A DNA stretch of 64,000 bases from an uncultured Gammaproteobacteria bacterium (GCA_964415965.1 CAYQCK010000003.1:67426-131425); one strand, 5' to 3'; shown: positions 53,237-63,229, counted from the first letter of the stretch. The notes: a model not told the origin generated them from the sequence alone. Numbers and translations: made by a program.

Positions 53237-53443
53237 ATGCCCGACCTCGACCCGACCCTCCGCCGCAACATCCGACCGGGCTTGGTCGTGTTCGTCGTCA
53301 AGAAGGAACACCAGCCCACCGGCGAGCTGACCCAGGGCATCGTCCAGGACATTTTGACCAACGCGGCGATCCACCCGCGCGGCATCAAGGTCCGGCTCGA
53401 CACCGGCGAAGTCGGCCGGGTACAGTACATCCAGACGGAATAG
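53237..53443 (+). CDS. YwbE family protein (DUF2196)
   Basis: 68 aa. GELTQGIVQDILTNAAIHPRGIKVRLDTGEVGRVQ matches YwbE. Confidence 0.7.
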   Translation: MPDLDPTLRRNIRPGLVVFVVKKEHQPTGELTQGIVQDILTNAAIHPRGIKVRLDTGEVGRVQYIQTE

Positions 53444-53489
53444 ACGCCGGCCACTCAGCGGCGGCATCGGTTATCGGAACGCTGTTTTT

Positions 53490-54452
53490 TTGTTAATCTC
53501 ATGTCAGCGGTCCCTCCCCACCATGTTCCAGGACATCTTCATCTTCGCCTGCGCTTTGGCCCTGGTCATCCGCGGCGCGACATACGCCACCCGCTATGCG
53601 GCGCGCTTGGCCGAAAATTACCGCTTATCCAAATATGCGGTCGGCTTCATCGTGGTGGCCGTGATTTCCATCCTGCCCGAAGGGCTCATCTCGCTAAACG
53701 CGGCGGTCAGCGGCCTGCCGGCGATGGGCTTGGGCACCCTGTTCGGTTCCAATGTCGCCGACCTGACACTCGTCTTCGCCCTCGTGACCTCCCTGGCCGG
53801 CCGCGGCATCAAAATCGAAAGCAAGATACTGAAAAGCAGCTTCATCTATCCGCTGCTCCTGCTGTTCTCGCTCATCCTTGGCCTCGACGGCTACTATTCG
53901 CGTCTCGAGGGGCTTGCCCTGATCCTGGCCGGCGGCGCTTTCTACTACTTCTCGCTGAAAAACGGCCTGGACGGACCGACCGTCCAAACCCAAACCAACG
54001 GCAAAGCCAAGAACGCCGCCCTGCTCCTGCTCAGCATGGCGCTCCTGCTCGTCGGCGCGCACTATACCGTCGACTCGGCGGCCTCGCTGGCCGGCCGCTT
54101 GGGGGTCAGCCCCATCCTCATCGGCATGCTGATCGTAGGCCTGGGCACCACCATCCCGGAATTGCTGTTCTCGCTCTCAGCGGTCAAAAAACGCCACGAC
54201 TCCCTGGCCGTCGGCGATATCCTGGGCACGGTCCTGGCCGACGCCACGGTTCTGGTCGGGCTCATCGCCCTCATCAGCCCGTTCTCGTTCCCGCGCACCA
54301 TCGTCTATTCGACCGGCGCATTCATGCTTTCGGCCTCGGTCATCCTGTTCTACTTCATGCGTTCCGGCCGCTTCCTTTCGCGCCGCGAAAGCCTGGTGCT
54401 GCTGGTATTCTGGCTCTGTTTCATCGCGACGGAACTGGCTTTGGCCGGCTAG
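53490..54452 (+). CDS. Ca2+/cation antiporter (CaCA, YrbG-like)
   Basis: Two alpha-repeat motifs (GSNVADL, GTTIPEL), ~10 TM helices. Likely start MFQDIF (~53523). Confidence 0.8.
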   Translation: MLISCQRSLPTMFQDIFIFACALALVIRGATYATRYAARLAENYRLSKYAVGFIVVAVISILPEGLISLNAAVSGLPAMGLGTLFGSNVADLTLVFALVTSLAGRGIKIESKILKSSFIYPLLLLFSLILGLDGYYSRLEGLALILAGGAFYYFSLKNGLDGPTVQTQTNGKAKNAALLLLSMALLLVGAHYTVDSAASLAGRLGVSPILIGMLIVGLGTTIPELLFSLSAVKKRHDSLAVGDILGTVLADATVLVGLIALISPFSFPRTIVYSTGAFMLSASVILFYFMRSGRFLSRRESLVLLVFWLCFIATELALAG

Positions 54453-54467
54453 ACTGAATGGCGAATT

Positions 54468-54851
54468 ATGAAAACCAGCAAGGACCGACTCATCTATTGG
54501 GTCCCGCGCATCCTCTCCATCCTGTTCCTGCTCTTCTTGGCCCTATTCTCTCTCGATGTCTTCGACGGGGATTACGGTTTCTGGGGCACGCTCCTGGCCC
54601 TGTTCATGCACAATATCCCGGTTTTCGTCCTGGCCATCGTCCTGGCCGTCGCCTGGAAGCGCGAAATCGTCGGGACCGTCTTTTTCGCCCTCGCCGGCTT
54701 GGCTTACGTCGTCTCTTTGGCGGTCGGCATGAGGGGCGACTTCCAGCCCTTCATGATTTCCTGGTCCGTCATCATCGCCGGCCCCGCCTTCCTCATCGCC
54801 TGGCTGTTCCATCTCGGCTGGCGCAAACGGAAAGCCGCGAAAAAATCCTGA
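54468..54851 (+). CDS. Small polytopic membrane protein, hypothetical
   Basis: 127 aa, 4 predicted TM helices. Confidence 0.5.
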   Translation: MKTSKDRLIYWVPRILSILFLLFLALFSLDVFDGDYGFWGTLLALFMHNIPVFVLAIVLAVAWKREIVGTVFFALAGLAYVVSLAVGMRGDFQPFMISWSVIIAGPAFLIAWLFHLGWRKRKAAKKS

Positions 54852-54855
54852 ATCT

Positions 54856-55362
54856 ATGCGTAAACAAGTCACGGTCAGCGACAAGATGCAGAAGCGGTAT
54901 GTTTATTTCTTGACCGAGCCGGCCGGCCGCAATTTCCATCCCGACTTCAAACCCGACCTGTCGCCGCGCGAGATGCTCGAGCTCGGCGTGTTCGGCGGCA
55001 AATACATGACGGATTGCCGGAAAGAATTCCCGGCTTCATGGTTCAGACGGGCCAAACTCTGCGCCGAAAAACACGACGCCAAACTCAACTTCTTCAAGGT
55101 CAACGCCAGCCAGCCGCTCGGCGAGTGGAAGAGAAAGGGCTGGATCTCCAAAGAAGACCCGCGCGGCTGGTTTCAGTGGTATTGCCGCTATTGGCTGGGC
55201 CGCCGCATCCCTGACGAGGACGAGCGCCAAATCAAACGCTGGAAAGCCATGCGCCGCCACATCGCGCAGATAAAAAAGAACTGCCGCAGCCGCGACTTGG
55301 ACTGCCACCGCAAACAGCGCCAGGCCCTGCTCCACTGGGCCTACGACAGCCGGAAGATGTAA
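54856..55362 (+). CDS. Hypothetical protein (basic, W/C-rich)
   Basis: 168 aa. A WFQWYCRYWLGRR segment and a basic C-terminus. No known domain. Confidence 0.5.
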   Translation: MRKQVTVSDKMQKRYVYFLTEPAGRNFHPDFKPDLSPREMLELGVFGGKYMTDCRKEFPASWFRRAKLCAEKHDAKLNFFKVNASQPLGEWKRKGWISKEDPRGWFQWYCRYWLGRRIPDEDERQIKRWKAMRRHIAQIKKNCRSRDLDCHRKQRQALLHWAYDSRKM

Positions 55363-55467
55363 GGTGACGGAATGTGATGCCATCCCTGCCCCGAAGGGCG
55401 GGGTTTTTGTGGGGGTTGAAAAATGCCGCAGTGCCGCAGGATGCGCTATACTGTAGACTGTATCAAT

Positions 55468-56391
55468 ATGAAGAACTTCAACCAGCCCTTGACCCAGAAT
55501 CCCTTCGCCGCGAAATCCGGCCGGCCCGAAGCGCCGAAGACGCCAGGCGTCCAGCCGGAGCTCGATCCCAAGCTCCAGACCAAGCGTTGGGAAAACCTGA
55601 CCAAGGGCGAGATAGCGCGCCTGTCCGAGCTCGGCGCGGATAAGCTGCGCTTCGCCCCCGTCCATCTGCCGACGACGCTCGGCGGCAAATCGCTCGACTC
55701 CGTCCGGGTCGGCCTCATGGGCATGGATCCCGCCACGGCTAAGGAAGCGTACGTCCACCTCTGGCTGAACGAGGACAAGAAGGGCGAGACCAAACTGGAA
55801 TTCACCATCCGCGCCGACGGCACCATCATGGGCCGCATTCCCACTGCCCTGGCCGGCGCATTGACGCATGAAGCCGTGATGCGCGAGGTCCTGGAGCAGT
55901 TCGAGAGCCTCAAGCCCGAATCCTGGTACTACCTGGACGAGGCCGTGCTGCCGCCGGGCGAAGGCAGCTCGGCCGGAGGCGGCGAAGGCGGGGGCAAGAA
56001 GAAAAAACGGCCGATGCCGACCGAAGCCGATCCGCGCCGCGTCGCCTTTTACCAGGAACAGCCCGAGGCCATCCTGCGCCTGACGAGCAAGGACCGAGGC
56101 GGATTCAGGGGCTACCTCGTCATCTTTTATCCGGGTTTCGCGCTCCTCGACAATGTCGCCTACGAAAACGCGGCTTACATCATCGATGGCACGCCGGACA
56201 ATCTCGAGCTGCCCATCGGAGCCACCGAAGAGGAGGTTCAAGATGCGGTGAAGAGGCTCCCGGTGCATTCCTGGTTGACCCGGCCCAAGATCGAATTGCG
56301 TCGCGCCGGGGCCGCCCGCATCCAACACAAAGGCGACGAATGGGAAAAGACGCTCAAGGAGGAAATCGAAAAACGCCTGAAGAAAAATTGA
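55468..56391 (+). CDS. Hypothetical protein
   Basis: Start MKNFNQPL (the track ORF begins at 55423). Followed by a terminator (CCCCGCC...GGCGGGG + T). Confidence 0.5.
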   Translation: MKNFNQPLTQNPFAAKSGRPEAPKTPGVQPELDPKLQTKRWENLTKGEIARLSELGADKLRFAPVHLPTTLGGKSLDSVRVGLMGMDPATAKEAYVHLWLNEDKKGETKLEFTIRADGTIMGRIPTALAGALTHEAVMREVLEQFESLKPESWYYLDEAVLPPGEGSSAGGGEGGGKKKKRPMPTEADPRRVAFYQEQPEAILRLTSKDRGGFRGYLVIFYPGFALLDNVAYENAAYIIDGTPDNLELPIGATEEEVQDAVKRLPVHSWLTRPKIELRRAGAARIQHKGDEWEKTLKEEIEKRLKKN

Positions 56392-56476
56392 CGCGACCGC
56401 CGCCGACACCCCGCCTTCCGAGGCGGGGTTTGGCTTAAAAAAACACCCGACGGAAGGCCGTCGGGCAGGCTTGAGG

Positions 56477-56998
56477 TCACGCCTCGTTGACGGACGCCAC
56501 AGCCTGGCTGATGAGGCACAGGCGCAACGAAGCCGTCCGTTTCTTGAGGCGATGGTATTCGGCGATGACCTTGAACAGTTCCGGCCAGACGCTCTTCGTG
56601 GTCATCTTGGCCCACAGATGGAGCTCGGCCAGGACCCGTTCGATGACGAACTGGTTACTCTTGCGTTGGAACTTCTGGGGCTCTCTGCGCTCCCAGCTCC
56701 GGACCATATCGAGGCCGACCTGCAGCTGTCGGATGGCCAAATCCCGATAAGCGGGATCGGCCAGGATGATGTCCAGGTCACGCCGCCGTCGCGCCGTCTC
56801 TTCGGGCGCCAACAAGCGCCTCTCCAAGGACTGCACGTCCCCTCCCCAACTGACGGCCGGTTCGTCCAGACGTCCGAATGGAAGCTGGACTTTGCCGTCC
56901 TCGTCGGTCGGCAAGCAAGGTCGTCTGGCGGCCCGGGCATTCCTGCCGCCGGTCGCCGTATATCCAGGTTTCTTCAAAGTACACCTCCGATATCCCAT
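56477..56998 (-). CDS. Hypothetical protein
   Basis: About 173 aa from the internal Met, basic. Preceded on the minus strand by a terminator-like hairpin, CCCGACGG...CCGTCGGG. Confidence 0.35.
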   Translation of the reverse strand: MGYRRCTLKKPGYTATGGRNARAARRPCLPTDEDGKVQLPFGRLDEPAVSWGGDVQSLERRLLAPEETARRRRDLDIILADPAYRDLAIRQLQVGLDMVRSWERREPQKFQRKSNQFVIERVLAELHLWAKMTTKSVWPELFKVIAEYHRLKKRTASLRLCLISQAVASVNEA

Positions 56999-57128
56999 CC
57001 AACCACGCCCCATCGGGGGCGTCAAGGCCAACCGGTCGTCCCATTTCCAGCAACCCCAAAAACCCGTCGGACAATCCGGAACTCACCCTTCAGCCCATTG
57101 AACAATCCCCGGTTCAACAGGGATTGCT

Positions 57129-57803
57129 TTATTTTTTGGCGTTTTTCTTCTGCCGCGCCAACAGGTATGAATACACGATTGGCGCGATGACGACGCTGGC
57201 CATCACGACCGCGAACACCGGCAGGATGGCGAACCAGACCACGCCCTCGACCATGAACGCGAGCCCAGCCAGGACGAATGCCCACCCCGCCACGCGCTGG
57301 CTCTTCTGCCAGACCTCCGGGTCGCTCAGCGTCCACGGCGTCTTGAGCCCGACGAAATAGTTCTGCCGCACCTTGCCCATGACGTTGCCCAAGATGACGA
57401 ACAGGATGCCGATGCCGAACGTCACCATGCGGCCGACCGAGGAATTGTATTGCGGACGGAACGTCACATACATGGTCACGCCGTACATATAAGCCATGAA
57501 CGCCACGAGCGACGTCTGGATCACGCTCCACGGTTTCTTGAAATTCTCGTAGTTCTCGCGCTTGGGGTCGAGCTTCGGCAGGACCGGGAAGAGGACAAGG
57601 AACAGGAGTGCCATGAGCGGGATGATCCAGGCGCCCGAAGCCTTGGGACTCCAGGCGTTCGGTTCACCTTCTATCCCCCAATGCGTCGGCACCATGTCCG
57701 GCAAGTACGGATACAGGACGGCGCCGGCCGCGAACATGAGCGCCACGATGACGATGCGCACCGCGGCTTGCGTATCGATGGTCTTAATTGTCGCGTTTGT
57801 CAT
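57129..57803 (-). CDS. sdpI: SdpI/YhfL family immunity protein
   Basis: Polytopic, with the DUF1648 + SdpI pattern (GLKTPWTLSDPEVW). Confidence 0.75.
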   Translation of the reverse strand: MTNATIKTIDTQAAVRIVIVALMFAAGAVLYPYLPDMVPTHWGIEGEPNAWSPKASGAWIIPLMALLFLVLFPVLPKLDPKRENYENFKKPWSVIQTSLVAFMAYMYGVTMYVTFRPQYNSSVGRMVTFGIGILFVILGNVMGKVRQNYFVGLKTPWTLSDPEVWQKSQRVAGWAFVLAGLAFMVEGVVWFAILPVFAVVMASVVIAPIVYSYLLARQKKNAKK

Positions 57804-58056
57804 AGTTGAAGTAGTTCATGACGGCGTTCGCGATCTCGTCGAACACCGAAGTATTGAGCGAATAGATGATGAACTGGCCGCGCCGCTCCGTGATCACCAG
57901 GTCAGCCCGCCGCAGGATATCGAGATGATGCGACAGCGAGGCTTGGGTGAACCCGAAATGCTCCTGGAGGTCGGATACGGACATATCCTTTTTTTTGAGC
58001 AGATCCAGGATTTTCCGCCGACTCGGGTCAGCTAAGGCTTTGAATATGCTATCCAT
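57784..58056 (-). CDS. sdpR: SdpR-like ArsR-family autorepressor
   Basis: 90 aa. ADPSRRKILDLL...SLSHHLDILRRADLV. Overlaps sdpI by 20 nt. Confidence 0.8.
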   Translation of the reverse strand: MDSIFKALADPSRRKILDLLKKKDMSVSDLQEHFGFTQASLSHHLDILRRADLVITERRGQFIIYSLNTSVFDEIANAVMNYFNYDKRDN

Positions 58057-58177
58057 AGATAATTGTCTATATATTAAAATACTCCCCAGAATCTGTCAAG
58101 AGCCTATCTGCGCCCTTGACATACGTCCCGATATTTGGCAGCAGTGGAGATGAAGGGAATTAACCCATCCCACAACT

Positions 58178-60616
58178 ATGCGGAGGAAAAACGCTTATTT
58201 TAGGCGGCTGGTTTGGTGCGTCCTGCTGGCTGTCGCGACCGTGCTTAACCCGATTTTCGCCTCGGTCGCCCAGGCCTCCGAGACCAGCCCCGTGGTCATC
58301 GGCGAAGTCGCTTGGGCCGGTTCCACGCTCTCCACGGCTGACGAGTGGATCGAGATCTGGAATGTCTCGGACGCGCCGGTGGCCATCGGGAATTGGAGCC
58401 TGCGCGGCATGGGCGAAAGCGGCCGTCTGATTCCCCTGCCGGCCGACGCGGTCGTGCCCGCGCGGGGAACTTACGTCGTGGCGAATTACGGACCAGGCGA
58501 AACCAAAAGCGACCTCGCCACTGAACCCCAAGTCGTCACCACGACGGTTTCGCTCTCGAACTCGGCGTTGCGCATCGACCTGGTCGACGCCGCCGGGAAT
58601 TTGGTCGACAGCGCGGGCACGGGTGGCGCGCCGCCCGCCGGTTCGTCCGGCGCAGCCAAAATCACGATGGTCAGGACGGATATCCGTCTGGCTGGCGCGA
58701 CCCCTACCGCCTGGTCCGACCAGACGGCCGGCGCCAACCTTAAACCCGGGACACCGGACTTGGGCACGCCCGGCGTATGCGACGCCTGCGCCGCTTCCGG
58801 ACTGTCGCCGGAAAGCCCCACGGAACCGGTCGCCACGACCTCGACCGTCGCCGTGGAGCCAGGACCGGACATCGCGACAACCACAACCGGCGACGCGGCG
58901 TCATCCGTCACGGAGCCTTCGGCCGCCTCTTCGGCCCAGCCGGACGTCGTCCAAGAACCCGCATCCGGCTCGACCGAGATCATCCTCGATGCCACGACGA
59001 CCGCATCCGTTGATTCCGCCGGGCCAACGTCCACGCTGCCCATCGTCGACGCGCCCACCTCTACCGGATCCGGCGCGGCTTCGGCGTCATCGACAGCGTC
59101 CGAAAGCATTTCACCTCCGATGCTCCAGGCCGCGACCGTCCCGGCCGTCGCCCAAGATGCCGTCAGCGACGCCACGACTCCTCCAGCCGAGCGTAAACCG
59201 CCCTACGGCATGCTCCGCCTGAACGAGATCTCGCCCTATCCGCCGTCCGGCAAGGAATGGGTCGAGATCGCGTCCCTGGATGGGGCGAACGCTATCCCGC
59301 TCAAAGGCTGCGAACTCCACGACCGCCAAGGCCGCCTCCTCACCATCGGCGCCGTGACGCTCGACCCGTCGCAAAAACCGTACGTCGTGATCGACCTTTC
59401 TTCGTCCCGGCTGAACAACGATGGCGATATGGTCGCGCTCTATTGCGACAGCCACCCTATCGACGCCATGAACTACGGATCCTCGGCCAAAGGCGAAACC
59501 TGGATCCGCCTCCCCGACAAAACCGGCCCCTGGCGCCAGAGCGCCAAGGCGACGCCGGCTGCGGAAAATATCGCGGCCTCCGCGGAAACGCCGGCCATAC
59601 CGGCAAAAAGCCCCGCCACGACGCCCATCCTGAAACCGACGGCTCCGAAGACCGTCAGCGTCTCCAAAGCGTCCGTTGCGGAAAAATCCGCGTCAGCCAC
59701 GGTAACGGCCGACGGAATGCCGAAGTACCAGCCGATCACTGAGGATTACCCCAGCCTCGAAGACCTGCTCGATTCGGCCGAGTATGCGGACGACGAAGGA
59801 AGTCCGGCATCCAAAAGCCCGGCCGCCGAAAAATCCGCGAAAACCACGAATTCCAAAAAGTCCGCCGAAAATCCGATAATCCCTTTCACTTTCGATATGC
59901 TCAACGATTTCGACAACTCGCCGATCCGCGTCCGTCTGGAAGGCGCCGTCGGTTCGACCGCCGGGCTCCTCCCCTACCACTCTTTCGTCCTGCTCTCGCC
60001 CGAAGGCCGCGGCCTCCAGGTCCGGGTCCCGACCGGCAAGAAGTTGCCGGAAATGAACCTGATGGTCAGCGTCACCGGCAACCTGCTGGTCGACGACCGC
60101 GGCCGCCCCTACCTCAAGATGACGGCCAAAGACGAACTGCTGCTCGGCCTGCCCGTCGAGAGACTCACGCCGCGCATCGTCGACATCGAGCTGCCGGCCA
60201 ACGAGGACGCCTGGGCCTACATGTCGGTCACCGGCACGGTCAAGAGCGTCAAAGCCCGCAACATCACGCTCGACCTCGACGGCGTCGAACTCGTCATGGC
60301 CATCAAGCCCTCGGTCAGATACCGGCCACAGCGGCTCGTGGCCGGAGACGTCATCCGTGCCGTCGGCCTGCTCGACCTGACCGGCGACGAACCCCGCCTC
60401 CTGCCACGCTCGGCCGACGACATCAGCCTGCTCAAACACGCCGAAGTGAAGACGGCCGCCGCCCCGGCTTCCGGACCGACCGTTCCCGGCTGGGTGCCTT
60501 TCGGCGCCGCTGCCGGCGCGGTCGCCCTGACCGAGGGGACGAAGCACTACCGCAAGCGGCGGCAGCGGAAAATCCTGGAACGCAAGCTCGACGAACTGAC
60601 GTCCGTCACCGCTTAA
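58178..60616 (+). CDS. Large secreted lamin-tail-domain (LTD) protein with an S/T/A/P-rich linker and a C-terminal TM anchor
   Basis: Two LTD-like segments (VVIGEVAWAGS...DEWIEIWN and LRLNEISPYPPSGKEWVEIAS). Signal peptide. C-terminal hydrophobic stretch plus KRRQRK. Confidence 0.7.
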   Translation: MRRKNAYFRRLVWCVLLAVATVLNPIFASVAQASETSPVVIGEVAWAGSTLSTADEWIEIWNVSDAPVAIGNWSLRGMGESGRLIPLPADAVVPARGTYVVANYGPGETKSDLATEPQVVTTTVSLSNSALRIDLVDAAGNLVDSAGTGGAPPAGSSGAAKITMVRTDIRLAGATPTAWSDQTAGANLKPGTPDLGTPGVCDACAASGLSPESPTEPVATTSTVAVEPGPDIATTTTGDAASSVTEPSAASSAQPDVVQEPASGSTEIILDATTTASVDSAGPTSTLPIVDAPTSTGSGAASASSTASESISPPMLQAATVPAVAQDAVSDATTPPAERKPPYGMLRLNEISPYPPSGKEWVEIASLDGANAIPLKGCELHDRQGRLLTIGAVTLDPSQKPYVVIDLSSSRLNNDGDMVALYCDSHPIDAMNYGSSAKGETWIRLPDKTGPWRQSAKATPAAENIAASAETPAIPAKSPATTPILKPTAPKTVSVSKASVAEKSASATVTADGMPKYQPITEDYPSLEDLLDSAEYADDEGSPASKSPAAEKSAKTTNSKKSAENPIIPFTFDMLNDFDNSPIRVRLEGAVGSTAGLLPYHSFVLLSPEGRGLQVRVPTGKKLPEMNLMVSVTGNLLVDDRGRPYLKMTAKDELLLGLPVERLTPRIVDIELPANEDAWAYMSVTGTVKSVKARNITLDLDGVELVMAIKPSVRYRPQRLVAGDVIRAVGLLDLTGDEPRLLPRSADDISLLKHAEVKTAAAPASGPTVPGWVPFGAAAGAVALTEGTKHYRKRRQRKILERKLDELTSVTA

Positions 60617-60624
60617 ACAAAAAA

Positions 60625-60655
60625 ATACCGCCCGCTTCTGCGGGCGGTATTTTTT
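60625..60655 (+). terminator. Strong intrinsic terminator (ATACCGCCCGC-ttct-GCGGGCGGTAT + T5)
   Basis: Read from the sequence. Confidence 0.75.
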
Positions 60656-60661
60656 CCCGGC

Positions 60662-61408
60662 TCAGACTTCGACCTTCGAGAACAGGTAGCTGCCGATGCC
60701 CACGAACAAGGCCGTGGCTCCGGCCAGCACGGCGAAATCCTGCAGCGGCCCGAAATGGCTCGAATTTATCAATGCCCAGCGCAAACCGTCCACGCCGTAC
60801 GACATGGGGTTGAAATGCGTGATCGCGCCGATGGCGCTCGGCAGGTTCTCCAGCGGGAAAAGCGCCCCCGACAGGAAGAAAATCGGCATGATCAGGAAAT
60901 TCATGATGAGCTGGAAGCCGTGCATGTCCTGCATCTTCGATGCGATGGCCGTGCCCAGGGCGGTGAACATCAAAGCGATCAAGAACATGAAACCGACGGC
61001 CGGCAAGATTCCCCACCAAGCTACGGGACGGAAACCGGCGACGAACGAAATCAGCAGGACCGCGACGCCCTGCATGGTCGCGACCGTGGCGCCGCCCAAG
61101 GTACGGCCGAACATGATCCGCCAACGCGGCACCGGCGCCACCATGGTTTCCTTCAGGAATCCGAACTGCCTGTCCCAAATCATCTCGATGCCCATGAATA
61201 CCGCCGTGAACAGGATGCCCATGCCGATGATGCCTGGCGCCAGGAACTGCAGGTAGTTACCGCCGCCCGCCTTCTGGTAGATCGGCCCGAAGCCGAAACC
61301 CAGCGCGACCAGGAACAGCACGGGTTGGCCGAGCGAACCGATGAGCCGCGGCGTGGACCGCAGGTAACGTTTCAGCTGGCGGAGCCAGAGGATGTAGATA
61401 GCCATCAT
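60662..61408 (-). CDS. ABC-2 type transporter permease
   Basis: Start MMAIYILWLRQ, 1 nt after the ATPase stop. 6 TM helices. Confidence 0.8.
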   Translation of the reverse strand: MMAIYILWLRQLKRYLRSTPRLIGSLGQPVLFLVALGFGFGPIYQKAGGGNYLQFLAPGIIGMGILFTAVFMGIEMIWDRQFGFLKETMVAPVPRWRIMFGRTLGGATVATMQGVAVLLISFVAGFRPVAWWGILPAVGFMFLIALMFTALGTAIASKMQDMHGFQLIMNFLIMPIFFLSGALFPLENLPSAIGAITHFNPMSYGVDGLRWALINSSHFGPLQDFAVLAGATALFVGIGSYLFSKVEV

Positions 61409-61409
61409 A

Positions 61410-62195
61410 TTATCTGCGCCACATGCGGCCTCCCGCCCGCAGGTTATCCATGCCCGTCGCGTGCTCATCGCGCAATTCCTTGCCGGTCAAAGACAGGAAA
61501 GCTTCTTCCAGGGAGTCCGTGTCCGTCAGCTTCTTGAGGTCCCACGGCGTGCCCTGGGCCACGATCTTACCGTGGTCGATGATGGCGATACGGTCCGCCA
61601 TCTTCTCGGCTTCCTCCATGTAATGCGTGGTGAAGAAGATGGTCGTGCCTTCCTGGCGGCTCATGTCCTTGATGTATTGCCAGATGTGGTTGCGGGTCTG
61701 CGGGTCGAGGCCGAGGGTCGGCTCGTCCAGGAAGAATATCTTCGGATGGTGCAGGAGTCCGCGGGCTATCTCGAGGCGCCGCTTCATGCCGCCGGAAAAC
61801 GTCTTGACCAGGCTGTCCTTGCGGTCCCACATCTCGACGAACTTGAGCAGCTCCTCGATGCGCCGGCGCCGCAGCTTCTTCTCGACTCCGTAGAGGGCGC
61901 CATGGAATTCCATGTTCTCCCAAGCCGTCAGCTCGTCGTCCAGGCTGGGGTCCTGGAACACGATGCCGAAGGATTTGCGCGCGTCCGCCGGATCGCCGAC
62001 CGGATCGAAACCGTTCAGCCTGACCGTCCCTGACGTAGGATGGGCCAGCGTGGTCAGCATCTTGATGGTGGTGGTCTTGCCCGCGCCGTTCGGTCCCAAA
62101 AATCCGAAGACTTCCCCCTTCTGCACCTCGAAACTGACGCCATCCACGGCCGTGAATTCGCCGTATTTCTTGACCAGATTATCGACCTTGATCAT
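61410..62195 (-). CDS. ABC transporter ATP-binding protein
   Basis: Walker A (GPNGAGKTT), signature LSGGMKRR, Walker B (FFLDEPT). Confidence 0.92.
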   Translation of the reverse strand: MIKVDNLVKKYGEFTAVDGVSFEVQKGEVFGFLGPNGAGKTTTIKMLTTLAHPTSGTVRLNGFDPVGDPADARKSFGIVFQDPSLDDELTAWENMEFHGALYGVEKKLRRRRIEELLKFVEMWDRKDSLVKTFSGGMKRRLEIARGLLHHPKIFFLDEPTLGLDPQTRNHIWQYIKDMSRQEGTTIFFTTHYMEEAEKMADRIAIIDHGKIVAQGTPWDLKKLTDTDSLEEAFLSLTGKELRDEHATGMDNLRAGGRMWRR

Positions 62196-62196
62196 A

Positions 62197-62964
62197 TCAT
62201 CGCACCATCGCCTTAATCCTTTCGGCGGCGTGGACTATGGGTTTAAGCGACACTTCCTCGGTCGGATCCTTTTTTGAATAGTGGAAAGGGTTATCCAAAT
62301 CCTTTATCAGGTAGATCATATAGATCATGATCAGCGAGACGAAAGCGACGAAAAATACGCTTTCGGAATATGGATCATATTTGAGGAATATCAGGCCGAA
62401 CACCAGCACCGCGGTGATGATCTCCGAGATGGCGTAGCCGGAGGAGATGAACGAGGTGTCGCGCACCGCATCGACCCGGGTGACAAGCCTCCGCAGGCTG
62501 CTCTGCTCCTGCTTGAGGCGCACGATGTAGTTGGCTTGGGTATAGGGTTCGATCCTGACGAAGCCGTCGGCTAAGGCCGCGATCATCGCCAGCATGTCCT
62601 GCGTCCTCACGTTCCTATGGAACCATCCCGGGGTCGCTTCGGCCAATTTAGAAACCGCTTCGACGCACTCTTTGGATTCTTCCGCGCCCTTGCTTTTCCA
62701 GATGTTCCGGCATTCTTCGGCGATGGCCTCCAGGCTGACCGCGATCTCACCCGGGAGTTTCTCGCTCTCCTTGTAGTCCGCCAACACGCCGGATATCAGG
62801 AAACCGATGAGGAAGGTGTTGGCCGAAATGATGGCCGTGAACAGCGGGTTCAGCGTCAGGAATTCCCAACCCAACTCATGGATGAGCAGCTTGGCCAGCA
62901 CCGTCATCACTACCAGGGGCAAAACCTTGGATAGCAGGCGCCATTTGATGGGCAATATCCTCAT
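62197..62964 (-). CDS. Hypothetical membrane protein
   Basis: Likely start MRILPIKW. 4 TM helices. Abuts the ABC ATPase gene. Confidence 0.5.
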   Translation of the reverse strand: MRILPIKWRLLSKVLPLVVMTVLAKLLIHELGWEFLTLNPLFTAIISANTFLIGFLISGVLADYKESEKLPGEIAVSLEAIAEECRNIWKSKGAEESKECVEAVSKLAEATPGWFHRNVRTQDMLAMIAALADGFVRIEPYTQANYIVRLKQEQSSLRRLVTRVDAVRDTSFISSGYAISEIITAVLVFGLIFLKYDPYSESVFFVAFVSLIMIYMIYLIKDLDNPFHYSKKDPTEEVSLKPIVHAAERIKAMVR

Positions 62965-63048
62965 ATATGCGGGAATTAAGATAACCGAGTTCCGGTTCTT
63001 TTTCAACCCGCAAGACCGCCACCCTGACCTGGCCGTCAGGCTTTATCG

Positions 63049-63080
63049 CAAAGCAAAACACCCGTTTCCGGGTGTTTTGC
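63049..63080 (-). terminator. 14-bp perfect hairpin (AAGCAAAACACCCG/CGGGTGTTTTGCTT) immediately 3' of tRNA-Gly
   Basis: Read from the sequence. Confidence 0.55.
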
Positions 63081-63082
63081 TT

Positions 63083-63157
63083 TGGAGCGGGTAGGGGGAA
63101 TTGAACCCCCCTCTCCACCTTGGCAAGGTGGCATAATAGCCTCTATACGATACCCGC
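63083..63157 (-). tRNA. tRNA-Gly (GCC)
   Basis: Minus-strand cloverleaf GCGGGTA...CCACC-TTGCCAA-GGTGG...GGGGGTTCAATTCCCCC-TACCCGC-U-CCA. Anticodon GCC, encoded CCA. Confidence 0.9.
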
Positions 63158-63229
63158 CTAAATTGCGGTGTTGAGATTATCAAACAGCCGCCAAATGCGC
63201 AAGAGGCGGGGCAGTGCTACCATGTACCC

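Noticed and set aside
56471-57190. Plus-strand 239-aa ORF, plus the 56602..56940 and 56778..57086 minus-strand ORFs
   Set aside because: Shadow frames of the 56477..57031 minus-strand ORF. The composition is arginine-rich and there are no translational signals.
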